DNA of 64,000 nt. Source: Chloroflexota bacterium (lineage in GTDB: Bacteria > Chloroflexota > Anaerolineae > Promineifilales > Promineifilaceae). The DNA lies in the NCBI GenBank assembly GCA_020629055.1, contig JAHDEB010000006.1, positions 11,612 through 75,611 of the forward strand, read 5' to 3'. This document shows, piece by piece, positions 1 through 9,610 of the stretch. A program made the position numbers and the translations under genes. The notes below the pieces were generated by a model, which saw only the letters and a list, made by a program, of their open reading frames with translations, made no database searches and was not told the origin of the DNA. Within the stretch, counting starts at the first letter, position 1. Each line of letters starts with the position of its first letter.

Positions 1-953
1 TTGGTGCACTGCCGACAAACAATTTCAGTTTAGGTCAGCAGGTTGACCCCGAGAAAGAGACATTTAAGATGGGTGGTGAATATATTACCGATCTAAATAA
101 CTCTCGTGGTGGCAACCACACACACGCCTGTATGCCCGGATGTGTTATTCAATGCTCAAATGTCTATGTCGATAAAGATGGGAATGAAATCGCATCACCA
201 ATCGAATATGAAACCCTCGGTCTTCTAGGGACCAATTGTGGTGTGACCGATCCGGATCATTTAGCCGCTCTCAACTATTTGGCCAACGACTTAGGCATCG
301 ACACGATTGAAGCGGGTGCGATGTTGGCCGTGTGTATGGAAGGTGGCGAAGCGGAATTTGGGGATGTCGAGTGGATGACCCAAGCGATGGCTGAGATGAT
401 GGCTGGTACAGAAAAAGGAAAAATCTATGCCTCCGGCACCTATCGGGCTGGTAAGCATTTTGGCGTCAAACGCCTGCCTGTCATCAAGAAACAAGCGATC
501 AGCGCTTACGATCCACGCGTCATTGAAGTCACCGGTATCAGTATGCAAACCACCGCGCAAGGTGCTGACCATACGGCCGGAAACGTAGCTCGGTATGACT
601 CTCGAGATAAAGACGCTGAAGCATTGATGGAAGTCAGCTTGGCCGCTCAAAAAGAGATGGCAGCGACCGATTCATTGGGTCTATGTATCTTCGGCCGTTC
701 TGTGACCGGTAGAAATCTAGATTTCTTGAAAAAGGCACTTTATGATGCAACTGGACAAGCGCTGGATGATTCATATTTTGTGGAACTGGGTGAAGAAGTG
801 CTCAAAATGGAAAAAGAATTTAATGACCTAGCTGGGTTTGGGGCGGAAGATGATGATTTGCCCGAATTCTTCTACAGCGAATCTTTAGCACCAACCAATC
901 AGAAAGCACGTTTCCGTGGCGAAGAATTACATGGAATTTTCGATTCGATTTAA
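1..953 (+). CDS. aor: Aldehyde:ferredoxin oxidoreductase (tungstopterin AOR family), C-terminal portion; 5' end lies upstream of the window
   Basis: The frame is open from nt 3 (GALPTNNFSLGQQ...), so the ATG at 69 is internal. AOR-family signatures are visible in the translation (GGNHTHACMPGCVIQC, DHTAGN, ATDSLGLCIFG). Confidence 0.8.
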   Translation, partial: GALPTNNFSLGQQVDPEKETFKMGGEYITDLNNSRGGNHTHACMPGCVIQCSNVYVDKDGNEIASPIEYETLGLLGTNCGVTDPDHLAALNYLANDLGIDTIEAGAMLAVCMEGGEAEFGDVEWMTQAMAEMMAGTEKGKIYASGTYRAGKHFGVKRLPVIKKQAISAYDPRVIEVTGISMQTTAQGADHTAGNVARYDSRDKDAEALMEVSLAAQKEMAATDSLGLCIFGRSVTGRNLDFLKKALYDATGQALDDSYFVELGEEVLKMEKEFNDLAGFGAEDDDLPEFFYSESLAPTNQKARFRGEELHGIFDSI

Positions 954-974
954 TCTCTAAATCAAAATAAAAAC

Positions 975-1012
975 AAAAAGGTGATTTCGAAGCTTCGAAA
1001 TCACCTTTTTTT
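975..1012. terminator. Bidirectional intrinsic terminator between the convergent aor and galT genes
   Basis: Perfect 26-nt palindrome GGTGATTTCGAAGCTTCGAAATCACC (980-1005), flanked by an A5 run upstream and a T7 run downstream. Confidence 0.8.
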
Positions 1013-1034
1013 GTTTTTAGAATGCGGCTTTGAT

Positions 1035-2075
1035 TTATGCTTTCAAGTAATGAACCGTAGGCAGGCTGCGAAGTTTTGCAGCCGCTTGTTCAGCGGTTAG
1101 GTCCCGCTGAATTTCACCTAACATTTCATATCCAACCATAAACTTCTTCACGGTCGCAGATCGAAGTAGTGGGGGATAAAAGTGTGCATGCAATTGCCAG
1201 TGAGATTGATCCTCGCCCGTGAATGGCATTCCGTGGAATCCACCAGAATAGGGGAAAGAAGTTTCAAATAGATTGTCATAGCAAATCAGCATCTGGCTCA
1301 TGATTTTGGCTAGATTAGATTTTTCCCCGGCCGATATTTGATTGAGATGACCAATGTGCCGTTTAGGGAGTAAAAGCAGCTCGTATGGCCAGCCGGCCCA
1401 GTACGGCACCACAACGATCCAATCCTCATTTTCAAATACGGTGCGTTCTCCCTTTTCCGATTCTTGATGCGCGTAGTCTAAAAGTAGCTGAGAATTGTTT
1501 TTTGCCATGTATGCCATCTGTGAAGCATCTTCGCGTAGAGCTTGTGTGGGCAAGTTGTTTTGCCCCCAAATTTGGCAATGTGGATGAGGGTTAGAGCAAC
1601 CCATCATCGCCCCCTTATTTTCGAAAACTTGCACCCATTTGTAGTTTTGGCTCAGGTCATTGACCTGATCGATCCACATATCGATAACTTTTTCAATTTC
1701 GGCCGGCTCCATTTCAGCTAAGGTTAGATCATGCCTGCCAGAGAAGCAGGCAACTCGACAAACGCCATCTAGCCCCTCAGCGGTGAATAACCGGCTGTCG
1801 TTCTCTTCTGGGGCGGGTGGGGCTGAAAGTAAAACCGGAAAATCATTCGGGAAGACGTAAGTGTCTTTATAGTCCGGATTATCCGTCCCATTTGATCGAC
1901 TGTTTCCAGGGCATAAATAACATTTAGGGTCATGCTTTGGCAAGTCAACCCGGGCTGGTGCTTCAACTTTACCCAGCCACGGCCTTTTGAGCCGTTGTGC
2001 GGAAACAATTACCCATTCTTGGGTTAGAGGGTTTAAACGTCGATGAGGGTGTTCTGTTGGGTCAAAAACTGTCAT
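1035..2075 (-). CDS. galT: Galactose-1-phosphate uridylyltransferase (HIT superfamily)
   Basis: 346 aa. Zn-site CYLCPGN, active-site HPHCQIW (His-Pro-His), and full-length GalT-like architecture. Confidence 0.9.
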   Translation of the reverse strand: MTVFDPTEHPHRRLNPLTQEWVIVSAQRLKRPWLGKVEAPARVDLPKHDPKCYLCPGNSRSNGTDNPDYKDTYVFPNDFPVLLSAPPAPEENDSRLFTAEGLDGVCRVACFSGRHDLTLAEMEPAEIEKVIDMWIDQVNDLSQNYKWVQVFENKGAMMGCSNPHPHCQIWGQNNLPTQALREDASQMAYMAKNNSQLLLDYAHQESEKGERTVFENEDWIVVVPYWAGWPYELLLLPKRHIGHLNQISAGEKSNLAKIMSQMLICYDNLFETSFPYSGGFHGMPFTGEDQSHWQLHAHFYPPLLRSATVKKFMVGYEMLGEIQRDLTAEQAAAKLRSLPTVHYLKA

Positions 2076-2220
2076 AACTTAAGATAAACTAGGGTATATA
2101 CATTACAAGATGCCAAGTGTGGCACCTAAATTTGTTATGGGGTGTAGGATATAGGGGTAGATGAATTGTAGCGATGTTTAACGCAATTGCACCTATTTAA
2201 GCGATTACTTTTCTGTTCCA

Positions 2221-2258
2221 AATAAAAAGTGAAGAATGCTGTCATCAACATTCTTCAC
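2221..2258 (-). terminator. Intrinsic terminator of the NRPS-like gene
   Basis: 10-bp stem GTGAAGAATG/CATTCTTCAC (2229-2238 / 2249-2258) with a 10-nt loop. On the minus strand it is followed by TTTTTATT, about 35 nt after the stop codon. Confidence 0.7.
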
Positions 2259-2292
2259 TCATCGTAACTCATCGTATTAGAAGTTTAATTCG

Positions 2293-5200
2293 TTAAGCGG
2301 GCTGAGCTTTCTTTTTCCTCGATTTTTTCTTAGAGATCGAATTGACATACGACAAAAGCGCTTGCACCACTTTGCGTGCATTTGGCTCTTTGGTCAATGA
2401 AACGCGATCTCCTTGGATCTCATGGATTTTCAGTGAGAGGGCGTACCCTTTCCAGCCTCTGTCGATTGAAGCGTAATTCTTTGACGCTGCGCTGTCCGTG
2501 GCTGAAATCAACAAAATCGAACCTGTATAGGGCTTAATCCTATATTTCTCAATGAGCTCTTGAAGTCCTTTTTCATAAATAACTTTGCGGAAATTAGGAG
2601 AGATAAGGGTTTCGTTCGCCTTGTCAGGTTCTCCATAAAGGGCGGTGCCAAAGTTTTGTTCCGTTAATTTTTTGAATAACGATCGATTAAAGTAAGCGGC
2701 TGGGGCCGATGCTAAATTTTCAAAGCGATTTCTTAAAGAGGGTGCAGAATGATTGACGGCCGGGTTTACGGTGTCGATCAGCGCCAATGTGGCGATTTTT
2801 TCACCCAGCATCGTCAACTGCTGTGCCATTTCATAAGCGATAATACCACCGGCGGAAAAACCACCTAAATAATAAGGGCCACGAGGTTGTAGCTTCTGCA
2901 TCTCTTTGATGTAGTCAGCAGCGATCGCTTCTATTGATTTGGCGTCCTCTTTCTTACCTTCGATGATTGATCGAGGTTGGAAGGAGTAGAATGGCTGCTC
3001 GCCCAGATACTTGATCCAATATCTTAAGTATGCGATATCACCGTCTTCTCCATGCACGCAAAAGAATTTCGGCCGGTCGGGTAATCCAACTTGGATTTCC
3101 AAAACTTTGTTCTTGTCTAAAACCGCCTCTTTGCTCAAAACCTTCATCTTTTGCGTGAAGGATTCAACAAAATCAGCATTAGATACAGATTCTTCTTTTT
3201 CTTTGAATCGGATCGATTCTCTGAGCAGAACAGCGATCCCAGAAATAGTCGGTTTGCGATAGACGATATCGGCCGCAATTGAAATATCAAAATGTTCCTG
3301 AATTCGGTTTTTTAATCTGTATGTTTGGATGTGGTTTCCGCCCATTTCGAAGAAATCATCGTCAATGTTTACATCTTGTCGATTTAAAATCTGTTGCCAG
3401 ATAGAAATTAAAGTTGTTTCAATTTCATCTCTTGGTGGGTTTTCTTCTCTCGATGCTTCAGATTTTTGCTCTTTAATCTGATGGAGTCGCATCGTGTCAT
3501 CCCTTAAGGGCATTCTAGATTTTCGAGCACTAGCTTTTAGCTGATAGATCTTGCTAGGCACCATGTATTCCGGCATTTGTTTTAGAAGATATTTTCGCCA
3601 ATTTAAGACGGTATAAGTTTGGTCGTTGACCAAAAGATAAGAACTGATAACCAATTGGCCAAAGCTGTTAAATTCAGGTGTTAGCACCGCTTCATTCACC
3701 TCTGCCTGCTTTAGCAAGACGCGTGAAATGTCTTCTAGATCGATGCGATTGCCATAATATTTAATCAGTTGGTCTTTGCGCCCTAAGAACTCTAAGTAAC
3801 CATCGGCCGTTAGTCGACCATAATCACCTGTAACATATAGTTTTCTTGGATTCGCTAGCCCTTTGGTCAAGGTGTCTTCTGCAAATCGATTTTTAGTTAA
3901 GATAGGGTTCTTTAAATACCCTGTTTCAGTTCCCAAGCTACTGATTGCAATTTGTCCTACTTCCCCTGGTTTGACCCGTCTTCCATCTTTGTCCAAAAGA
4001 TATACTTTCATATTATCAATTGGAAGGCCTAAAAGGATACCGGAAGAGATTGTTTTTACCGTCATGTCAAACGAAGCGGCGATACCACCTGCTTCTGTAA
4101 CGTTGTACAGATTGACAATCTTTTTACCTGGAACGACAGCTTTGAACAATTCAATCAATTCACTATGTAGAATTTCACCACGCAAGAACCAAGTTTCAAG
4201 CTGGGGTAGCTTTTCACCCAAATCAGGAAAGCTATTAAGCATCATGGCTAAAATTGATGCCGGTAGTTGAATGCGCGAAACATGGATGTCGGTTAGGAAC
4301 TCGACAAAAAGCTTGGGGTCAACAATGAACTCGTCCGGAACTAAAATGTTGGTAATGCCTTTTAGCAAGGGGGCCCAGATTTCTGTTGTAAATTCAGCCC
4401 TTGTCCAAGGTGCAACTTGGCAGCAAATTTCTCGAAGTGAAAATGGGAAGTTACTCCATATCCAATTAAGTTCATTTAAAACTGTTTTTGTGTTGAAGGG
4501 GATCCCAACCGGTTTAATGGGGCTAGAAGAATATAGGATGTGAGTTGGGGTAGTGGGCGAAAATAGGATATCTAGATTGCCTGACTCCATTTCTGAAATC
4601 TCACCCTTTTCATTGTCCAGATTGATAATCTTCAGGCTGCTTTTGCCTAGGTCATTAAAGCTTTTATTGTTTTCACTAAGCGTGATCACCGCCTGGATAT
4701 CGGCATTGAAAGTAATAAATTTTAATCGTTTGCTTGTCTCTTTCGGGTCGATTGGAATATAGGTGCATCCGCTTTTTAGAACAGCAAGCATGGCCACAAC
4801 CATGTCAATCGATCTAGGCAGAGCAATTCCAATCGTTTCCCCTTCAAATACCCCACGTGCTCGAAGGTAACGGGCCATTTGATTGGCCTGCTGGTTTAGC
4901 TCGTAATAGGATAAAAATTGGTTTTTATGAACGATTGCCGGCCGTTCAGGTTGAGACTCTACAACTTCTTCAAAAATTTTATGGATCAGGCGGCTTTCAT
5001 TGACCGGCACATCCGTATCATTAAATTCTTTTAAAATCGCCTTGGAATCATAATCAGAAAGATCAAATGCTTTATAAGACTCTTCTTCATTAAAAGGCAT
5101 TGTAAAAGGCAGGTTGCTAATTTTCTTTAAAGCAGCTTCTTCCCCCGTTTGTTGTACAGCCGGCAAGGTTCCTTTCGTCGTCTCATGCTGCTCATCACCT

Positions 5201-5454
5201 TTCTTGACATTAGGGATTAGGTCAATATTTACAGGCTTTAGGCTAACTATTTCGGATGTCTTAGAAGCTTCTTTAGAGGCTTGAAAATTCTCGGATAGAC
5301 CGGCTTTTTGAATCAGCATTTCGAGTTCTAAATTCAAGTTTCTGTTCGCTTCAAGCAATGATTGAATCAAAGACTCTTGAGCATTCAACTGAGATAGAAA
5401 ACATTCGACTTCTGAAACTGAAATAGTTACCTGATTGTCGGCTGTGTTTTCCAT
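2293..5454 (-). CDS. NRPS-like adenylation / carrier / thioesterase (A-T-TE) protein with a coiled-coil-like N-terminus; catalytic motifs look degenerate (see findings)
   Basis: A-domain motifs LSYYELN, LKSGCTYIPID, NLYNVTE, YVTGDYGR, GRKDQLIKYYGNRIDLEDI, MPEYMVPS. Carrier motif DDFFEMGGNHIQ. TE motif GGFSAGG. The start is moved to the ATG at 5454 because AAGGAG lies 8 nt upstream (plus-strand CTCCTT at 5463-5468). The ORF track extends to 5595. Confidence 0.75.
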   Translation of the reverse strand: MENTADNQVTISVSEVECFLSQLNAQESLIQSLLEANRNLNLELEMLIQKAGLSENFQASKEASKTSEIVSLKPVNIDLIPNVKKGDEQHETTKGTLPAVQQTGEEAALKKISNLPFTMPFNEEESYKAFDLSDYDSKAILKEFNDTDVPVNESRLIHKIFEEVVESQPERPAIVHKNQFLSYYELNQQANQMARYLRARGVFEGETIGIALPRSIDMVVAMLAVLKSGCTYIPIDPKETSKRLKFITFNADIQAVITLSENNKSFNDLGKSSLKIINLDNEKGEISEMESGNLDILFSPTTPTHILYSSSPIKPVGIPFNTKTVLNELNWIWSNFPFSLREICCQVAPWTRAEFTTEIWAPLLKGITNILVPDEFIVDPKLFVEFLTDIHVSRIQLPASILAMMLNSFPDLGEKLPQLETWFLRGEILHSELIELFKAVVPGKKIVNLYNVTEAGGIAASFDMTVKTISSGILLGLPIDNMKVYLLDKDGRRVKPGEVGQIAISSLGTETGYLKNPILTKNRFAEDTLTKGLANPRKLYVTGDYGRLTADGYLEFLGRKDQLIKYYGNRIDLEDISRVLLKQAEVNEAVLTPEFNSFGQLVISSYLLVNDQTYTVLNWRKYLLKQMPEYMVPSKIYQLKASARKSRMPLRDDTMRLHQIKEQKSEASREENPPRDEIETTLISIWQQILNRQDVNIDDDFFEMGGNHIQTYRLKNRIQEHFDISIAADIVYRKPTISGIAVLLRESIRFKEKEESVSNADFVESFTQKMKVLSKEAVLDKNKVLEIQVGLPDRPKFFCVHGEDGDIAYLRYWIKYLGEQPFYSFQPRSIIEGKKEDAKSIEAIAADYIKEMQKLQPRGPYYLGGFSAGGIIAYEMAQQLTMLGEKIATLALIDTVNPAVNHSAPSLRNRFENLASAPAAYFNRSLFKKLTEQNFGTALYGEPDKANETLISPNFRKVIYEKGLQELIEKYRIKPYTGSILLISATDSAASKNYASIDRGWKGYALSLKIHEIQGDRVSLTKEPNARKVVQALLSYVNSISKKKSRKKKAQPA

Positions 5455-5930
5455 TCCGTCAGCTCCTTTCAAAAGTGTTTGTTTTTTGTCCGATTTTTTC
5501 GAAGATTTTGAATTATTGATTGAGGACATAATTTTACTCGCCCAAAGTGATTGAAATTTAAGAATTGCAGAATCGTGTTCAGCTGGCTTTGGCAAATCCC
5601 AAATTGGAGAAAATCAATTTCGAGCGGCTTTTCATCTAGATGCATATCGCGCAAGGCTCTTAGCATATTTAAGCAGATAGCTTGAACAATACACGATTTT
5701 TTGCTTGGTATACTCGAATATAATCTATTTTCACCCAAAATTTTAGTTAAATTTTGATATATTCTTCCCATATGGGGGCGAAAAGAGTGTAGATATGTGG
5801 CGATGAAGAATATTTCTAAAAAAAATTATCTCTTGCTAATTACTGACGATTACGAAAAAGCAATTGCTCTGTACCTATTGAGTTTATTAGATATTCAAAT
5901 CTTTCAGCCCTAAACTGAGGGGGTTGCAAG

Positions 5931-7634
5931 CTATTCACCCCAGTCGGCCGAATCATATAAATTTTGTGCGTTTTGAGAGAGATCTGGTTCGTTTAAACCG
6001 TCCCACCACCAGATGTATGCAAACAATTCTTCTTTTGCATTTGGCACCTCTGCAAGAATCTGTTTAGCATTGTCGACGTCATTGTTCCAAAGATATGCAA
6101 AGCCGAGGTTTTTCTTTATACCGGGGTGTTGTGGGTTATTTTGATGCGCGACTACTAAATGTTTAACTGCAAGACTGAACTCTTTCTTCTCTAAGTTAAT
6201 TAACCCAAGTTTGTATAAAGTGGGCGAGTGACCCGGATGTTTGCTTAGTAAATCTTCTAAGCTAATTTCTGAGGACTCTAGTGCGGCACTATATTCATAA
6301 CGGCTCCATTCGCCCGTCGGCCAATTCTCTAATTGAACCTTCGCAATATCTATCGCAGCAAGGTTTGATCTAAATGCAGCTGAAATCGGTCTTGCCCAAA
6401 ACCCAGCAATCAAAAGTGCTAAAAATAAAAACAAAGAATAAATGCGGGCTCTCTGTATTTTTTCGACTCGCTCAATTGGAATCCTAAATGCAAATGCTGG
6501 TGCTGCGAAAAGCAATGGAGATCCGATATCACCGTAAATTGCATCATCAATGAGCCCGTGCATAAGCAAAACAATAATAGAGGCCAAACATGCGCCGAAT
6601 ATATTTTTGTTTGTATCTGGGTGATTCAACAATATAAAAAAACCAATAAAGAAAATCCCTAGAAAGGATATAAACCCAATGACCCCTTGCTCTAGCAGGA
6701 GGTCGATGTACAAGTTGTGCCCATAGGTAAATAGCAGAAAGGGAACTGACAAAATGTATTGAGAATAAAGCCCGCCAAATGAGTTTAATCCACCACCTAG
6801 CAATCCGAAAGCTTGAAATAGGAATGTTGAATTCGCATAGAGCTCGATTCGAGAAGCAGCGCCTGGAATAGTGTTGAGCCAGGTCATTTGAATTTTTGAA
6901 ATAAATATGAGGCATAATGCACCGACAAGAAGCAAGCCGCTGACTGAAAATGCAATGAAGGGTATTTTTATTTTGTTAGGAATCGAGTTGTCTTTGGAAT
7001 AAACCCACCAAATGAAAAGGGCGATCAAGAGGGATGCTATCGCACCACGTGAGCCACTAAGAATAAGAACCGTAAGGATTACGAGCGTGCCTAACCCCAA
7101 AGCGATCCTAAATAGAGTTCTTTGCGTATTGAGCAGTGAAGAGAACAAAAAGGGAGAAAGCGTAGCAGATAATCCCGCTAGGCGATTGGCGGTTAATAAA
7201 ATCGGCCCACTTAACAACTGAAGTTTGACGGCTATAAAAACCAAAGAGAAAAAGATTGCACCGATGCCTAGAGTGTTGTGGATGGCACCCTCTTTTTCAT
7301 TTAATGTTGAAATTAGCAATGCGAAAAGAATTGCTAAAAATAAAAGCATTAGTTTTGGAAATGCATTTTCCGTATTGTAGGCACTCCAGTATCCAAAACC
7401 GGCTGAAAGTAAAAATAATACGCCAGAGATCAACCATGTGTAATCTTTTTGTTTTGTGTTCTCTTGGGAGCTGGAAATGAAGGTGGCGACAATTTGGATG
7501 CTGACGACCCCCATTGTTATGAAAATCAGAAATCTATTTGGCCAAATCGTTACAAGGCAAATAAGCAAGGTGCTAACCGATAGGCTGAATGATTTGAAAT
7601 TAAGCTTTAGTAGGTTGTCATCATTATTCAACAC
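5931..7634 (-). CDS. O-antigen ligase/polymerase family (Wzy_C) polytopic membrane protein with a C-terminal TPR-like domain
   Basis: At least 10 hydrophobic segments. Wzy_C-type loop YGHNLYIDLLLEQGVIGF. C-terminal soluble TPR-like stretch (LYKLGLINLEKKEFSLAVKHL...NLGFAYLWNNDVDNAKQIL). The start is uncertain (GTG at 7634, no clear SD). Confidence 0.7.
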   Translation of the reverse strand: MLNNDDNLLKLNFKSFSLSVSTLLICLVTIWPNRFLIFITMGVVSIQIVATFISSSQENTKQKDYTWLISGVLFLLSAGFGYWSAYNTENAFPKLMLLFLAILFALLISTLNEKEGAIHNTLGIGAIFFSLVFIAVKLQLLSGPILLTANRLAGLSATLSPFLFSSLLNTQRTLFRIALGLGTLVILTVLILSGSRGAIASLLIALFIWWVYSKDNSIPNKIKIPFIAFSVSGLLLVGALCLIFISKIQMTWLNTIPGAASRIELYANSTFLFQAFGLLGGGLNSFGGLYSQYILSVPFLLFTYGHNLYIDLLLEQGVIGFISFLGIFFIGFFILLNHPDTNKNIFGACLASIIVLLMHGLIDDAIYGDIGSPLLFAAPAFAFRIPIERVEKIQRARIYSLFLFLALLIAGFWARPISAAFRSNLAAIDIAKVQLENWPTGEWSRYEYSAALESSEISLEDLLSKHPGHSPTLYKLGLINLEKKEFSLAVKHLVVAHQNNPQHPGIKKNLGFAYLWNNDVDNAKQILAEVPNAKEELFAYIWWWDGLNEPDLSQNAQNLYDSADWGE

Positions 7635-7805
7635 ATGGTACCTAGGGAAATATGTTGGAAGGTTTAAATAAGCTGTTTTTGACCAAACTAGCCAGTTGGC
7701 TTGATGCTATGAAATTGAGCTTAAGATGGCCCTTAATATTGATTGACCACGATAAATTATTATGTTTGTATTTTTGCAATTACTTTTTAATCGATCAGAG
7801 GTGCA

Positions 7806-8360
7806 ATGAGAAAACCTGCAATATTTTTAGATAGGGACGGAGTCATTATTGAGAATAGATCCAATTATGTCTTAAGTTGGTCAGATGTTGAAATATTTGA
7901 TCAAGCGATAGAAACCTTGGCTCAATTTGCGCATCTAGATTATTTATTTGTAATTGTTACCAATCAGTCGCCTGTTGGCCGGGGGCTGATCAGTTATGCA
8001 GATGCGAATGAAATAAATAGTAAGCTGATTTCAATCATTCACGAGCGGGGCGGACGCATCGATGCGGCTTACATCTGCCCCCATGCGCCTTCTGAGAACT
8101 GTGACTGTCGCAAACCACGGCCGGGAATGTTGAAACAGGCAGCTGAGGATCTAAGCATTGACCTGTCTGAATCCATCATGATCGGGGATGCTTTAACAGA
8201 CTTAAAAGCAGGAATACAAGCTGGCGTAAAAGACGTAATACTTCTTGAAACCGGCCGCGGCCAGGATCAAGTAAAGCTCCCTGAAATGAAAGAAATAACG
8301 GTTGCAAAAAGATACAAAGATTTAACAATGGCGTTCCGCCATTACTTTGCAATTGTGTAG
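7806..8360 (+). CDS. gmhB: D-glycero-D-manno-heptose 1,7-bisphosphate phosphatase (HAD-IIIA)
   Basis: FLDRDGVI nucleophile motif, VTNQS, the CPHAPSENCDCRKPRPGM Zn/Cys motif and GDALTD. GAGG lies 4 nt upstream of the ATG. Confidence 0.75.
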   Translation: MRKPAIFLDRDGVIIENRSNYVLSWSDVEIFDQAIETLAQFAHLDYLFVIVTNQSPVGRGLISYADANEINSKLISIIHERGGRIDAAYICPHAPSENCDCRKPRPGMLKQAAEDLSIDLSESIMIGDALTDLKAGIQAGVKDVILLETGRGQDQVKLPEMKEITVAKRYKDLTMAFRHYFAIV

Positions 8361-8791
8361 CTCTATAAACAAGCTGGGTTTGATGAATTCTTTTTCACAG
8401 GTTTTATGTCAAATATGAAAGTTTGGATGTAAGGTTACTCAACTACCTTAATATCGGTTTGATCATTAATCCTCGGATCTCCTCTCCCTATCCGTTGGAT
8501 CAAAAGCTAACTTTACTTTATCGAAAAAATATACCTAACTGTTCAAGGCCTGTGTAATACTCCAGAAGGTGAAATGATCTAGGATCGTTTTGACAAAAGG
8601 AACGCATTTGAACAGAGATTTACATCAACCTCAATGACTTGAACTATACGAGTATGGGATTAATTACTCAGGCACAAATAGTTCAAGTGCGCAACACTAT
8701 TATTAAATCAAAGCCCAATCATCTAGTCTCTTATTTTAGACTAGCATGGCTGGAAGCCTCGGCTATTTGATCAAACTTACACCACACTAGG

Positions 8792-9535
8792 ATGAAAAAA
8801 GATTCTGCAGTAAGCCAATTATTACTATATGTGAGCCGCCAAGCTGATGGTATCGGCCGATACCTTCTGGAACAATTTGTTTTCTTGGTGTTTGGCTGGA
8901 TACCAACCGTTTTTGGCATTGGCATCCGTACCTTCCTCTATAAAGCGATCCTTAATATGAACGGCACAGCCGCAATAGAAAATAAGGTTCGTCTTCGGTT
9001 TGCTAGCAACATCACACTTAATAACGGAGTCTATTTAGACAGTAATACCTACCTTCACGCTTGCCCTGGTGGGATAACCATCGGATCTGATTCGATTGTT
9101 ATGCATGGTGCCGTATTACACGTTTACAATTTCCGCGATCTACCAAATTCCAAAATCAATATCGGCAAGAATAGTTTGATTGGAGAATATTCTGTAATTC
9201 GTGGTCAAGGTGGCGTAGAAATTGGTGATCGAGTATTTACTTCGCCTTTTTCACAGATAATTGCCGTAAATCATATATTCGATGACCCTCAAGTGTCATT
9301 TGTTGAACAGGGCATCACCGCGGAAGGAATTATCATCGAAGATGATGTTTGGATCGGGGCGAGTGCTGTAATCACCGATGGCGTAAAAGTCGGAAAGGGA
9401 GCAGTTGTTGCTGCCGGAGCCGTTGTTACGAAAGACGTGCCACCCTACACCGTTGTTGCAGGCGTTCCTGCAAAAGAAATAAAGCAAATTGATGGGAAAT
9501 CCCATCCAACACCTGAAAAGACGATTTATTATTAA
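8792..9535 (+). CDS. Membrane-anchored hexapeptide-repeat (LbH) O-acetyltransferase
   Basis: N-terminal hydrophobic helix ([17 protein letters not shown]) followed by left-handed beta-helix repeats, ending [45 protein letters not shown]. Confidence 0.75.
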   Translation: MKKDSAVSQLLLYVSRQADGIGRYLLEQFVFLVFGWIPTVFGIGIRTFLYKAILNMNGTAAIENKVRLRFASNITLNNGVYLDSNTYLHACPGGITIGSDSIVMHGAVLHVYNFRDLPNSKINIGKNSLIGEYSVIRGQGGVEIGDRVFTSPFSQIIAVNHIFDDPQVSFVEQGITAEGIIIEDDVWIGASAVITDGVKVGKGAVVAAGAVVTKDVPPYTVVAGVPAKEIKQIDGKSHPTPEKTIYY

Positions 9536-9610
9536 TAATTGTTCGATTTAGCGCAGCTATTTTACTGGCCAATATAGAGATTCACTCAAGCAAGGCCGGA
9601 GGAAATCATT

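Noticed and set aside
5455-5595. 47-codon N-terminal extension of the NRPS-like ORF in the ORF track
   Set aside because: A strong AAGGAG lies 8 nt upstream of the internal ATG at 5454. The extension is low-complexity (SSINNSKSSKKSDKK) and has no SD.
5469-5771. 100-aa minus-strand ORF in the leader upstream of the NRPS-like gene
   Set aside because: No purine-rich SD precedes its ATG and no family signature is recognisable. It overlaps the spurious N-terminal extension of the neighbouring ORF. It is most likely non-coding 5' leader or promoter DNA.
8361-8791. RfaH-type ops/JUMPstart element (GGCGGTAG) in the locus leader
   Set aside because: The motif is not present in this spacer or in the other long spacers that I read.
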